Notes: generated by a model from the letters alone, not told the origin. Positions 37,470 through 49,850 are shown, counted from the first letter of the stretch. The stretch: DNA of 64,000 nucleotides from Mobula hypostoma (GCF_963921235.1 NC_086097.1:29576001-29640000), one strand, 5' to 3'. Numbers and translations are program-made.

Positions 37470-38420
37470 CACCCCTTCACTGCAACCCTCACACCATTCT
37501 CCCCACACCCCTCCCTCACAGCACCCCCAATTCTGCTCTGCTCACTCCCCCACTCTTTCCCACCCCCCATGCTCTCCTTCCCCTTCCCTCCCTCCTGTCA
37601 TGCACTCTCCACTCCCCTCACTCTCTCACCTATACCTCTCTCCCAACCTCTTCACTCTCCTCCCTCACACCTTCTCTCTTAGCCCCCATCAGTGACACAC
37701 TCTTATCCCCTCACCCTCTCTCATTACCCATCTCTCTTGAACCAATTCTCTTCCCCTCACCCCACCTTTCAACCTCTCTCCCAACCCCCCCTTTTACCCT
37801 CTCTCTCACCACCCTTCTCTCAAACCCACTTTCTCCCATCTCCCCCTTCTCTCTCAAAACCCTTCACCTCTTATCCCCTCTCTCTCATCGCCGTCTTTCC
37901 CTCCCCATATTCTTCCTCAATCCCTGCTTCTTCGCAACACCCTCTCTCCTCCACTCCCTCACATCTCACTCCCTAACCCCACTCTATCACCTTTTCTCTC
38001 ACCCCACTCTCTCATCCCTTCTTTCACACACTCCTTCTATCCCTCACACACCCCTCTCTCCCAACCCATCTCTCTCTCACACACACCCCTCTCTCTAACC
38101 CCCTTTTCTCCCTCACCCCTCTCTCTCACCACCCTCTTCCCTCCCGGTATTCTTCCTCAATCCCTGCTTCTTCACACCGTCTCCCCCACTCCCTCACATC
38201 TCACACCCCTAACCCCCAGTTTCTCATCACCTTTTCTCTGACCTCACTCTCTCATCCCTTCTTTCACTCACTCCTTCTATCCTTCACACACCCCTCTCCC
38301 ACCCCCTCCCTCCCACTCTCACACACCCCTCTCTCTAACCTCCTTTTCTCTCTTTCACTCACCCCCTCTCCCTCTCTATCAACCCCTACTCCTTCTTTCT
38401 CACCCCCTCTCTCCCTCCCC
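37470..38420. repeat. Low-complexity C/T tract (G/A-rich on the CLMN sense strand) with a 240-bp internal duplication
   Basis: Almost no G on the plus strand; 37911-38060 recurs at 38151-38300. Confidence 0.85.
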
Positions 38421-38900
38421 AGACGGGCTGCCTCCCCGCCCCTCACGGGCTCTGAGAGTCCGGACCCGGACCCACCCCCACCCCCAGCCGCAGCCGCACA
38501 CTCCCCTCACACCCCGGAGATGCCGCTGCCCGGCCTGGGAAACGTCCCAACTCGGGACTCTAGGCGCTGGAGGAGCTAAACTTCAGGCGGACTCACCCTG
38601 CAGGTTCTGTACCCTCAGGTCGCTGATTTGTCCGATGAGTTCCTCCCGCTGAAACCAGTCCCAGTCGGTCGCTGCCATCCCGTGTGCCCAGACTCCGGCT
38701 CTCCGCGCCGGATCACGGCGTCCCTTCAGCCCGAGCAACAAGCTCGGCGACCGGCGAGCGGCGAGAAGGGGGAGGGACGGAGCCTCGCTCACTGGCACGG
38801 CGTACGGGGCGGAACCGCCGCCTCCTCCCGACGTCTCTGCACTACCTGAGCTCAGAGAGGCAGGAACTTCCTCAGAGTCCAGGCACACCCTCTAGTAGGC
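38420..38900 (-). promoter_or_regulatory. CpG-rich promoter/5'UTR region of CLMN
   Basis: The most CpG-dense stretch of the window, surrounding the exon. GC-box-like GGGGCGGAAC at ~38806 and inverted ETS-like cores AGGAACTTCCT at ~38862. No upstream ATG on the minus strand between 38679 and ~38870. Confidence 0.7.
38597..38678 (-). CDS. CLMN: Calmin (calponin-like transmembrane protein), first coding exon (82 nt, phase-1 donor)
   Basis: Minus strand reads ATG in strong Kozak context (cacgggATGG), then MAATDWDWFQREELIGQISDLRVQNLQ plus G, then donor GTGAGT (38596-38591). The peptide closely matches the human calmin N-terminus as I recall it (MAAHEWDWFQREELIGQISDIRVQNLQ). Lies in a CpG-rich island. 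Confidence 0.93.
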
Positions 38901-38997
38901 TCCCGGTCCAAAGAAACACCTTTAAAGAGACATATCCTCACACAGACTACAGGCACACCTCCAAACCGGCACAAACTCATAGACGCACCCACTGACC

Positions 38998-39270
38998 GTA
39001 CAGTCACACTCTCAAACTGACACCCAGTGTACAGTCACACTCTCAAACAAGCACTCAATATGCAGTCACACCCTCAGACTGACCCAGTATACAATTACAC
39101 TCTCAGACAAGCACTCAATATACAGTCACACCCTCAAACTGACCCAGGGTACAGTCACACCCACAAACAGGCACTTAATATACAGTCACACCCTCAAACT
39201 GACCCAGGGTACAGTCACACCCACAAACAGGCACTCAATATACAGTCACATTCTCGAACAGACGCTCAAT
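38998..39270. repeat. 60-bp dimeric minisatellite (~4.5 units) upstream of the CLMN promoter
   Basis: 39121-39180 and 39181-39240 differ at one base; each unit contains two acagtcacac subunits. Confidence 0.9.
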
Positions 39271-39879
39271 ATTTATTTACTTTGATGAGATTTATATACT
39301 GTAGTTGATGTTACCTAACATCCATGGTTCAAAAAGGAACAACTGCTTCATTTCTACAGGTAGTAAATTGTTAGAAATTTTGAAATGTAATATATTAAAG
39401 AAGAAGCTTAATTTTGCTTTGTCCCATTTTCTTTTTCTCTCTAAATAAGAGGAAGTTTCACTCCCACTCATTTTCCGTAGCAGATTTAATTCTAATTCTT
39501 CCTATTTCCTCCCCTTTCATTTGTCAGTATTCTCATTAAATGACACACGTATATCGAAGGTCCCATCTTTCAGCAAAGTCCCAGGAGCCTGTTTACCAGG
39601 TTGGCTACCAGATACTGAAAGACCTGGACAGAGTGGACTTGGAGAGGATATTTCCATCAGTAAGAGGGTCTAGGACCAAGGCACCAACACAGAATAAATA
39701 ATCAGAATCAAAATCAGGTTTATTATCAGTCAGCAGCTACTTTATTAGGTGCACCTGCTCGGTAATTGAACGGTCCCCTAGTATGATAAGATGGACTCTT
39801 GGCCTCACAATCTACCTCATTATGACCTTGCATCTTATTGCCTGCCCGTAATGCACTTTCTCTATAAATCATAACACTT

Positions 39880-40430
39880 CAAAGATCAAAAGTAAATTTA
39901 TTATCAAAGTACATATATACAACCCTGTAATCCATTTTCTTGTGGGCATACTCAGTAAATCCATGGCATAATGACCTTAACAGATTCAATGAAAAACCGC
40001 ACCAACTTGTGTTCAACAAGTGTTCCAAAGATAACAAACTGTGCAAATCAAAAATAAACAAACAAACAAACAAATAAGCAATAAATATCGAGGCTATGAG
40101 ACAAAGAGTCTTTGAATGTGAGTCCATAGATTGTGGGAACAGTTCGATGATGGGGCAAGTGAAGTTGAGTGAAGTTATCTCCTTTGGTTCAAGAGCCTGA
40201 TAGCTAAGGGGTAATACTGTAACTGTTCCTGAACCTGGCGGTGTGAGTCCTGTGGCTTCCTGATGACAGCAGTGAGAAGGGAGCATGGCCTGAGTGGTGG
40301 GAGTCCCTGATGAAGGAAGCTGCCTTCCAGCGACAGCGTTTTGTGTAGATGTGCTGAATGGTGGGGAGGGCTTTACCCACGATGGACTGGGCTGTATCCA
40401 CCACTTTTTGTGGGATTTTCTGCTCAAGGG
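39880..40430 (-). mobile_element. Rex1/Babar 3' end with UTR
   Basis: VDTAQSIVGKALPTIQHIYTKRCRWKAASFIRDSHHSGHAPFSLL. Confidence 0.85.
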
Positions 40431-41009
40431 AATGGAATTCTATTCTGCACTCTGTTCCTGTTTTACCTCAATGCACTGCGATGTGATCTGTATGGATAGC
40501 AAGTAAAACAAAATTTTTCACTGTACTTCAGCACGTGACAATAATAAACCAATTGACCCACTCGGCCCATCGAGTCTCTGCTGACCCTCAACCACCTATT
40601 TATATTAATGCCACTTTATTCCCCCATCACCCGCACACTGGGGGCAACTTACAGCAAACAAGGAACTTACCTCTGGGATGTGGAAGGAAGCTGGGGGACC
40701 CAGGGGAAAGGCATGCAGTCACAGGAAGAATGTGCGAACTCCACACACAGTTAATGATGGCAGTCAGGACTGAACACAAATCTCCAGAGCTCTGAGGGAG
40801 CAGCTCTACCCACTGTGCCTCCCTGCCACAGATGACAGATGTGTTACTCTAATGCTACTGAGTGGAAATAGAAGGGTTAATTTTTGCTTCATGATGATGG
40901 AAAGACCTAGGAAATTCAGAAGCTACAGTAATTATATCTGGAGGATAAACTCATGTGAATCTGCTGTGTGCTCTCATTCCCGTACAGTATTCTGTATCCA
41001 GCTGTCACT

Positions 41010-41010
<1 letters not shown>

Positions 41011-41053
<43 letters not shown>

Positions 41054-41113
41054 CACAGAGACACAAACACACACTCACAAATAAATACACACAGAGACCA
41101 CAGACACACAGAG

Positions 41114-41147
<34 letters not shown>

Positions 41148-41215
41148 AGACACACACATACAAATACAAACACACACATACACACAGACATACACACACA
41201 GACACACACACACAC
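41011..41215. repeat. Compound (CA)n microsatellite
   Basis: Visible directly in the sequence. Confidence 0.95.
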
Positions 41216-41917
41216 TCTTCGCCTTATGCTTGCTGAACACTCACACATGTCAGATTCAGATTTATTTCTTTACTGTATTTAGATTTCAGATTCATGTAGT
41301 TATCACATTTACTTTGAAACACAGTGAAATACGTCATTTGCATTAACCAGCAGGACCTAAGGATGTGGTGGGGGCAGCTGGCAAGTGTCACCATATATTC
41401 CAGCGCCAACATAATATGTCCACCATGTTTGGCAATCTTGGTCCCGACGGTGAAATACGTCATAGATGTAATTACATGTATTTCTGTGTGGGTGGGAGTA
41501 GATCTGAATTCTGCCTTCCCTTTCTCTTCCACCTACAAGCGTAGAGAATGAGATGCATCTGTGTGACTAATTCCCAGCTGAGCCTGGAGATTGTTATTGC
41601 TGGTGGATGGGGCAAGGTCTCCGGGGGCGATATGCAGAATACTGAAAACTCAATCAAATCCTTTACTGATGAAAATAACCCCTATCTCTTTCTCTGTCAC
41701 TCAGAGTTAGTGTTGAACACTTTACAGAAAGCATTACAACACAGTACATGCTCTTTGGTCCATGATGTTTTCACCTGCTCTAAGATAAATCGAACTTTTC
41801 CCTCTTATGTAGCCCCTCCATTTTCCACCCTGACACAGGCCAATTCAATTTTCAATGTGTTCATATCTGAGGAATGAGGCAGTGACAGGTGAGTGATGGA
41901 ATCACAACATCATCCAG

Positions 41918-42130
41918 GCAGCATGGTGGCATAGCGGTTAGTAAAATTGCTTTACAGTGCCAGGGAGCACCATATGCGGTTCAATTCCCACTGCTCCCTG
42001 AGAGGAGTTTGTATGTTCTCCCCGTGACTGCGTGGGTTTCCTCCGGGAGCTCCAGTTTCCTCCCATAGTCCAAAGAGTAAGTTGTGGTCATGCCATGCTA
42101 GTGACAGAAGTGCGGTGACAATATTCCAAG
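41918..42130 (+). mobile_element. V-SINE copy with A-box and B-box
   Basis: tggcatagcggttag (A-box-like), ggttcaattccc (B-box), V-domain gggtttcctccgggagctccagtttcctccca. Confidence 0.75.
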
Positions 42131-42614
42131 TGTGTTCAAACCCTGCTTTTATAGACCTGCAACAATTCCTCACAGCTCTTGAGCTCAATGCAAGGCTTTC
42201 TCTCTTCTTCATTGTGTTGATCTATCTAGTGACGTCCTCTAGCCCAGGAATTTTTCTGTGGGCTGGAGGGCTCTTTCCTATGCACAGTGATGTAGGCGTT
42301 CATCATACAATGTTGCTTCTTGTTAAGTAGGTATGTTGAATATCTCAGATTTGGCAGAATCATATTGGTTTACATAAAGAATCTGGAAGGAATTACTTTC
42401 TGTGGCTGATGGTAAGAATGTGGATATTGTTACCCCATACTTTGGGAAAGTGTGAAGTGATTCCCTTTGGAAGGTCATTCCTGAAGGCAGAGTACAGGTT
42501 AACAGCAGAGTGGATGAACAGAGGGATCTTGGGTTCCTCACCCATAGGTCCTTCATAGTTGCCATGCAAGTTGATAGGGTGGTTAAGAAGTTGTACGGTG
42601 CGTCGGCTTTCATT

Positions 42615-43150
42615 GATAGATAGATAGATAGATTCTTCATAGATCCCAAAGGAAGTTACAGAGTCACAGTAGCATTACAAGTGCACAGATATACAAATGT
42701 ATAAATATTAGAAGAGAAGTAAGAAAGAATAAAAACAGTCTAAAAGGAGGGAGTCATCACTTCTCCGACTATAGGTTGACTCATTATGGAGCCTTATGGC
42801 CAAGGGTAAGAATGACCTCATACAGCGCTCTTCGGATCAGTGTAGTTGTCTTAGCCTATTACTAAAAGCGTTCCTCTGTTCAGCCAAGGTGGCATGCAGA
42901 GGGTGAGAAACATTGTCCAGAATTGCCAAGATTTTCTGTCGGGTCCTTTGTTCTACCACAGGCTCCAGTGTGTCCAGTTTGACTCCTATAACAGAGCCAG
43001 CCTTTCTAATCAGTTTATTGAGCCTATTGGCATCTCCGTGTTGATGCCATCGCCCCAACGCATAGAGGTTTGTACTGGTGAGAACATACTGGTAAAACAT
43101 GTGAAGGTAGGCCTGCGTACTCCGAAGTACCTCAGTCTCCTCAGGAAGTA
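42615..43150 (-). mobile_element. Non-LTR (Rex1/L2-like) 3' fragment with (GATA)n tail, inserted in a CR1 remnant
   Basis: DANRLNKLIRKAGSVIG...ILAILDNVSHPLH motif; tail gatagatagataga. Confidence 0.7.
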
Positions 43151-43562
43151 GAGGAATTAGTTGGGGAATTGAGTTCAAGGGCCACGAGGTGATGTTTCCA
43201 CACTATAAAACACTGCTTAGATCAAAAATGGAGTATTGTGTTCAGTTCTGGTCACTTCATTATAGGAAGAATGTGGAAGCATTAGAAAAAGTGCAAAGAG
43301 ATTAACTGTGCCAAGTGTGGCCTCACCAATGTCTTGTGCAACTGCAACATAATGTCCTCAATTCTTACTGTACTCAATACCCCAACTGATAAAGGTGCCA
43401 AATTTGGAGTATTTGGAGTATTGTGTGCATTTCTGGTCATCTACCTACAGGACAGATATCAATAATCTTGAAAGAATGCTGAGAAAGTTTACAAGGATGT
43501 TGCCGGGACTTAAGGACCTAAGTTATAGGGAAAGGTTGGATACTTTATTCCCTGTAGCGTAG

Positions 43563-45275
43563 CAGGGCTTTGCTTCCAGATGAGCTAAATGCCTTCTATG
43601 GTCACTTAGATTGTCAAAACATGGAGGGGCCATCATGAACTCCCACAGCCCCGGTGATCCAGTGATTTCCGTCTCTGAGGCCGAGATGGGAGCAGCCTTC
43701 AGGAGGGTGAACCCACAGAAAGCATCCAGCCTAGACGGGGTACCTGGCCAAGTACTAAAGATCTGTGCTGATCAACTGGTTGTTGTGTTCACTGAGATCT
43801 TTAACCTCTTGCTTTTGTAGTCTGAGGTACCCACCTGCTTCAAGCAGCTTCAATTAAACCAAGAAGCCCAAGAAGAACATGGTAATCTGCCTCAATGATG
43901 ATAATCCAGAAGCACTTAAACCCACTGGGATGAAGTGTTTTGAGAGGGTGGTGGTGAAACATTTCAACTCCTACCTGAGAAATGACTTGGATCCACCCCA
44001 GTTTGCCTAATGGGACAGCAGGTCCATGGCAGATGCCATTTCTTTGGCTCTTCACTCAATCCTGGAATATCTGGACAGTGAAGTGCATACATCAGAATGC
44101 TCTTCAACAACTACAGCTCAGCATTCAATACCATCATCTGTTCAAAACTAATCAATAACCTCCAAGACCTTGGCTTCAATACCTCCTTGTGCAATTGGAT
44201 CCTCGATTTCCCCACTTGTAGACCCCAGTCAGTTCAGACTGGCAACATCTCCTCCACAATCTCCGTTAATGCAGGCGCACCCCAAGGCTGCGTGCTTAGC
44301 CCCCTGCTCTACTCACTTTACACTTATGACTGCAGCTAAGCACACCAATGCCATATTCAAGTTGTTGACAACACTAGCGTCGTAGGCCAATTGAAATGTG
44401 GTGATGAATCAGCATATAGCAGGGAGATTGAAAATCTGGCTGAGTGGCACTATAACAGCAACCAGCAAGACCAAGGAGCTGATTATTGAACTCATGAGAA
44501 GGAAACCAGAAGTCCATGAGCCAGTCCTCATCAAAGGATCAGAGGTAGAGAGGGTCAGCAATTTTAAATTCCTCAGTGTTATTATTTTGCAGGGTCTGTC
44601 CTAGACCCTGCATGCAAGTGTAATTACAAAGAAAGCAAGGCAGCACCTCTAGTTCCTTAGGAGTTTGTGAAGATTTGGCATGACATCTCAAACTTTGACA
44701 AACTTCTATAGAGGTGTGGTGGAGATTATATTGACTGGGTGCATCACAGCCTGGTATGGAAACACCAATGTCCTTGAACAGAAAAGCCTACAAAAAGTAA
44801 CGGATACAGCCCAGTCCATCGTGGGTAAAGCCCTCCCCATCAGTGAGCACATCTACACGAAACGTTGTCGCAGGAAGGCACATCCAGGAGCCCCCACCAC
44901 CCAGGTCTTGCTCTGTTCTTGTTGCTGCCATCAGAAAGAAGGCACAGGAGCCTCAGGAGTCACACCACCAGGTTCAGGAACAGTTATTATCCCTCAGCTA
45001 TCAGGCTCTTGAACCAGAGGGGATAACTTCACTCAACTTCACTTGTCCCATCAATGTTCCACAACCTATGGACTCACTTTCAAGGACTCTTCATCTCATG
45101 TTCTCAATATTTATTGCTTATTTATTATTATTATTTCTTTCTTTTTGTATTTTGCACACTGGTTAAATGTGCAAGTTGATGCGGTCTTTCATTGAATCCG
45201 TTCAGGCTATCATTCAATGGATGTATTGAGTATGCCCACAAGAAAATGCATCTCTGAGTTGTATATGGTACTTTG
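43563..45275 (+). mobile_element. Degraded Rex1/Babar LINE (RT domain plus 3'UTR)
   Basis: [28 protein letters not shown]...[41 protein letters not shown]. Confidence 0.9.
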
Positions 45276-45966
45276 ACAGGGGAGATTTGATGGAGGTATA
45301 CAAAATTATGAGGGGTATAGATAGGGTAAATGCAAGCAGGCTTTTTCCACTGAGGTTGGGTGAGACTAGAACTAGAGGTCATGGGTGAAGGAGAAATATG
45401 GGTTAAAGGTGAAATATTTAAGGGGAACCTGAGGGGGATCTTCACTCAGAGGGTGGTGAGAGTGTTTGATATGAGCTGCCAGCAGAAGTGGTTAATGCAG
45501 GTTCGATTTCAGCGTTTAAGAGAAGTTTGGATAAGTACATGGACATGAGGAGTATGGAGGATTATGGTCCAGGAGCAGGTCAATGGGACTAGGCAGAATA
45601 AAAGTTTGGCATGTCTAGATGGGCTGAAGGGCCTGTTTCTGTGCTGTAGCACTCTATGACTCTATAGATACTGCGTACAGTTTTGGTCTACATGTTATAG
45701 GAAGGATGTCACTAAATTGGGAAGACTGCAAAGGTTTACCTGGATGTTGTCAGGACTCGAGAGCCTGACTTTCAGGGAGAAGTTGGGCAGGATAGGAACT
45801 CATTCATGGAATGTAGGAGACTGAGCGGTGACCTTACGGAGGTATATAAAATCACAAAGGTGAAATGCAGGAATCAAAAACTGGAGTGTCTCAGCTTAAG
45901 GTGAAAGGGGAAAGAGTTAAAATGGACCTGAGGGGCAACTCCTTCACAAAGAGTGTGGTGGGTAAA

Positions 45967-46206
45967 CACTGTATGGCCGCTTTATTATGAACCCCCTGTA
46001 GCCTGTCCACTTAAGGTCTGACGTGTTGTGCGTTCAGAGATGTTTTCCTACACACCACTGTTGCTTGAGTTACCACTGCCATCCCTGTCTGCCTGATCCA
46101 GTCGGGCCATTCTCCGAGCATCTCTGAACGCACAACATGTCAAACCCTGAAGTGGATGGGCTACAGCAGCAGAAGACCACAAACATAATAAGTTGGCCGG
46201 TGAGTG
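45967..46206. mobile_element. Tc1-derived foldback element
   Basis: Degenerate TIRs like those at 92-148, plus internal inverted arms 45996-46042 / 46119-46166 that include a Tc1 transposase-like TLKWMGYSSRRP fragment. Confidence 0.65.
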
Positions 46207-46477
46207 CATGTCTCTCGTGTTCTCTCATTCAATAAGGTGATGGCTACTCTCACCCTCAGCACAGCCTTCGTATGCTAACCCCATATATCAGATTACCCAG
46301 AGCAGTGCCCACAAAGCACTGGAGGAACCCAGCCGGTCAGGCAGCATCTATGAAGGGGAATACACAGTCGATGTTTCTGGCTGAGAACTCTCCATTAGTT
46401 CTGGAAAGGAAGGGGAAAGAAGCCAGAATAAGGTGGGGGGTGGGGAACACGTTCAAGCCAGCAGGTGGTAGGTGAGA

Positions 46478-48115
46478 TTGTGGGGATGACTTGCAGCGGA
46501 CTGAAAAGCTTGCACAGGTAGATATTAAGAAAGAGGATGTGCAGGAGCTTTTGGAAAGTGTCAAGTTGGATAAGTCACCGGGATCTGACGAGATGTACCC
46601 CAGGCTACTGTGGGAGGTGAGGGAAGAGATTGCTGAGCCTCTGGCGATGATCTTTGCATCATCAATTGTGACGGGAGAGGTTCCGGAGGATTGGAAAGTT
46701 GCAGATGTTGCTCCTTTATTCAAGAAAGGGAGTAGAGATAGCCCAGGAAATTATAGACCAGTGTGTCTTACTTCAGTGGTTGGTAAGATGATGGAGAAGA
46801 TCCTGAGAGGCCAGATTTATGAGCATTTGGAGAGGTATAATATGATTAGACATAGTCAGCATAGCTTTGTGAAAGGCAGGTCATGCCTTATGAGCCTGAT
46901 TGAATTTTTTGTGGATGTGACTAAACACGTTGATGATGGTAGAGCAGTAGATGTAGTGTATATGGATTTCAGCAAGGCATTTGATAAGGTACCACATGCA
47001 AGGCTTATTGAGAAAGTAAGGAGGCATGGGATCCAAGGGGACATTGTTTTGTGGATCCAGAAATGGCTTGCCCACAGAAGGCAAAGAGTGGTTGCAGACG
47101 GGTCATATTCTGCATAGAGTTTGGTGACCACTGGTGTGCCTCTGAGATCTGTTCTGGGACCCCTACTCTTTGCGATTTTTATAAATGACCTGGATGAAGA
47201 AGTTGAGGGATGGTTAGTAAATTTTCTGATGACACAAAGGTTGGAGGTGTTGTGGATAGTGTGCAGGGCTGTCAGAGGTTACAGTGGGACATTGATAGGA
47301 TGCAAAAATGGGCTGAGAAGTGACAGATGGAGTTCAACCCAAACAAGTGTGAGGTGGTTCATTTTGGTAGGTCAAATATGATGGCTGAATATACTATTAA
47401 TGGTCAGACTCTTGGCAGTGTGGAGGATCAGAAGGATTTTGGGGTCCGAGTCCATAGGACACTCAAAGCTGCTGCACAGGTTGACTGTGTGGTTAAGGAG
47501 GCATACGGTGCATTGGCCTTCATCAATTGTGGGATTGAGATTAGGAGCCGAGAGGTAATGTTGCAGCTATATAGGACCCTGGTCAGACCCCACTTGGAGT
47601 ACTGTGCTCAGTTCTGGTCACCTCACTACAGGAAGGATGTGGAAACGATAGAAAGGTTGCAGAGGAGATTTACAAGGATGTTGCCTGGATTGGGGAGCAT
47701 GCCTTATGAGAATAGGTTGAGTGAACTCGGCCTTTTCTCCTTGGAGTGACAGAGGATGAGAGGTGACCTGATAGAAGTGTACAAGATAATGAGAGGCATT
47801 GATCGTGTGGATAGTCAGGACTGAAATGGCTAGCACAAGAGGGAATAGTTTTAAGGTGCTTGGAAGCAGGTACGGAGGAGATGTCAGGTGTAAGTATTTT
47901 ACGCAGAGAGTGGTGAGTGTGTGGAATGGGCTGCTGGCGACGGTGGTGGAGTCGGATATGATAGGGTCTTTCAAGAGACTCCTAGACAGGTACATGGAGC
48001 TCAGAAAAATAGAGGGCTCTGGGTAACCCTCGGTAATTTCTCAGGTAAGGACATGTTCGGCACAGCTTTATGGGCCTAAGGGCCTGTATTGTGTTGTAGG
48101 CTTTCTAAGTTTCTA
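46478..48115 (+). mobile_element. 5'-truncated CR1 LINE, relatively well preserved RT pseudo-ORF
   Basis: KSPGSDEMYPRLL..NYRPVCLTSVVGK..YMDFSKAFDKVPH..LEYCAQFWSPH with a few stops and frameshifts; 5-bp TSD TGAGA (46473-46477, 48116-48120). Confidence 0.95.
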
Positions 48116-48136
48116 TGAGACCAGGTGAGGGGGAAG

Positions 48137-48895
48137 CACTGTTTCCTCCAAACTGTGCAGGTGCCTAGCTGGAATGCTCCCATGCACATGACCTTTGTTG
48201 CTGCACAGCTGGAATTTTATCTTATGCACTGTTAATGTAATTTTGAAATCTACAGCATGTAAATACAATTGTGAAATACCCTGTAATAAATTATGATTTA
48301 ATGAAATACTCAGCTACTATTATGAAACTACAATGAAAGCGTCACCTCAGAAATGTCTCAGCAATACTGTGATTTCAAATATGTCATTTCTGAGGAAGTT
48401 AAAACCGGTTCATTTAAGATATGTTGAACAACATGCTCAGAAACAAAGAATTTGAAGAACTGTCAATTCTTGTTGACACCACTGGAACATTTCAAGCTTC
48501 TAGTGCTGACTGTAAATGTGGATTCGGTTTATGAATTCATTGAAATGTAAATCCAGAAACAGGCTAGAAGTGGAACATTTGGGTGATCTAATGAGGATTA
48601 AGATGTTTCTTTAATCTGGGTAGTGTTTCTAGACAATGGATTTGTAATAAAGACAGGCGGAACAAGTTTATGAAACGTGAAAGATTTTCTTTGTTGTACT
48701 ATATTCATCATACCCTTCAATTAATAAATAAAATCAAAAGTTTGTGATTTCTCAATTTTCATTCTAAATATTCATAGTATGCATATTACAAAAAAAAACA
48801 TTTAAGATGACACACAGTTTTCAGGCCATGTAAAAATTTCCTGATCAGAGCAAAGTTGGACTGTGCAGCTGTTAAAATATTCAGTGGTAATATTG
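48137..48895 (+). mobile_element. Non-autonomous hAT transposon derivative retaining the C-terminal dimerization region
   Basis: 48448-48605 reads EFEELSILVDTTGTFQASSADCKCGF / MNSLKCKSRNRLEVEHLGDLMRIK (one frameshift), matching the hAT S..CERGFS.MN..K...RNRL motif; degenerate TIR-like ends. Confidence 0.75.
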
Positions 48896-49265
48896 GGTGG
48901 TAAGGGAGGAGGGATGAGGACTGGGAGGTGAAAGGTGGAAAAAGGAGAGGGCTGAAGAAGCAGGAATGTGATAGTAGAGAAGAGCGGATCAAGGAAGAAA
49001 GGGAAGAAGGAGGGGTGGCTGTACTATCTAATGACTCATTCTCATAGGGTTTATAAAATGCTCCATCCAAGCTTGTCCCACTTGCCAACATTTGGTCCAT
49101 AACCTTCTAGACCTTTCCTGTCCACATACAGTAGCTGCCCAGCTAGCTTTTTAACACTGACATTGTACCACTTCCTCTGTCCTCTCATTCCACATACACA
49201 CCACCCTTTGTGTAAATAAGATGTCTCTCAAATTCCTATTGAATCTCTCCCCCCTGACCTTAAAC

Positions 49266-49850
49266 CAGTCCTGATGAAGGGTAAGAAACTGGGGGGTGGG
49301 GTGGGGAGGAGTACAGGCAAGTGATAGGTGAGACCAGGTGAGGGGGAAGGTGGGTGGGTAGGAGAGGGGGATGAAGTAAGAAGCTGGGAGGTGATAGGTG
49401 GACGAGGTAAAGGACTGAAGGAGGAGGGATCTGGTAGGAGAGGAGGGTAGACCATGGAAGAAAGGGAAGAAGAAGGGGAACCAGAGGGAGGTGATGGGCA
49501 GGTGAGGAGAAGTGAAGAGGTGAACAGGGAGTGAGAATTAATGGAAAAAGAGAGGAGGAGGAGTAATTACTGGAAATTTGAGGAATCAGTGTTTATGCCT
49601 TCAGAGTGGAGGTGTTGATCCTCCAACCTTAGGGTGTAAAGTATCTGGAATTCTGTTCCTGAAAGGACACTGGAAGCAGAGTCTGAATCAACTTAAGGCA
49701 AAAGGAGATACTTGTAAAAGAGTGACGGTATGTACGCAAGGAAGTGGAGTTCAGATACGCCAACAGCTCTTCTTCACTAGGAGTCTGAGGACTGAATATG
49801 AGGCGTTGCTCCTCCAGCCTGAGTGTGGCCTCATTGTGGTGTAGACTGAC
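49266..49850 (-). mobile_element. Degraded Penelope-like element 3' part
   Basis: HNEATLRLEEQRLIF matches the end of the GIY-YIG ORF at 63.5 kb; purine-rich terminal repeat. Confidence 0.75.

Larger units (their letters stand above)
1..38596 (-). other. CLMN: Probable CLMN intron 1 (partial, >38.5 kb)
   Basis: Follows the GTGAGT donor. No segment encoding the expected next residues (VERENVQKRTFTRW-like) was found by eye. Confidence 0.6.

Noticed and set aside
1..38596. CLMN exons 2 and 3 (CH domain)
   Set aside because: No VQKRTFTRW- or DGKILMALLEVL-like segment found by eye in the unique islands; a short exon could have been missed.
38679..38888. N-terminal extension of CLMN suggested by the 101-aa ORF
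   Set aside because: Starts at a non-ATG codon. An open frame is expected in GC-rich 5'UTR, and similarity begins at the ATG at 38678.
40852..41346. His/Thr- and Cys/Val-rich ORFs (also at 35.6-35.9 kb and 55.4-55.9 kb)
   Set aside because: Translations of CA/TG microsatellites.
46491..47749. Active reverse transcriptase gene
   Set aside because: 5'-truncated CR1 with in-frame stops and a frameshift near the catalytic motif.
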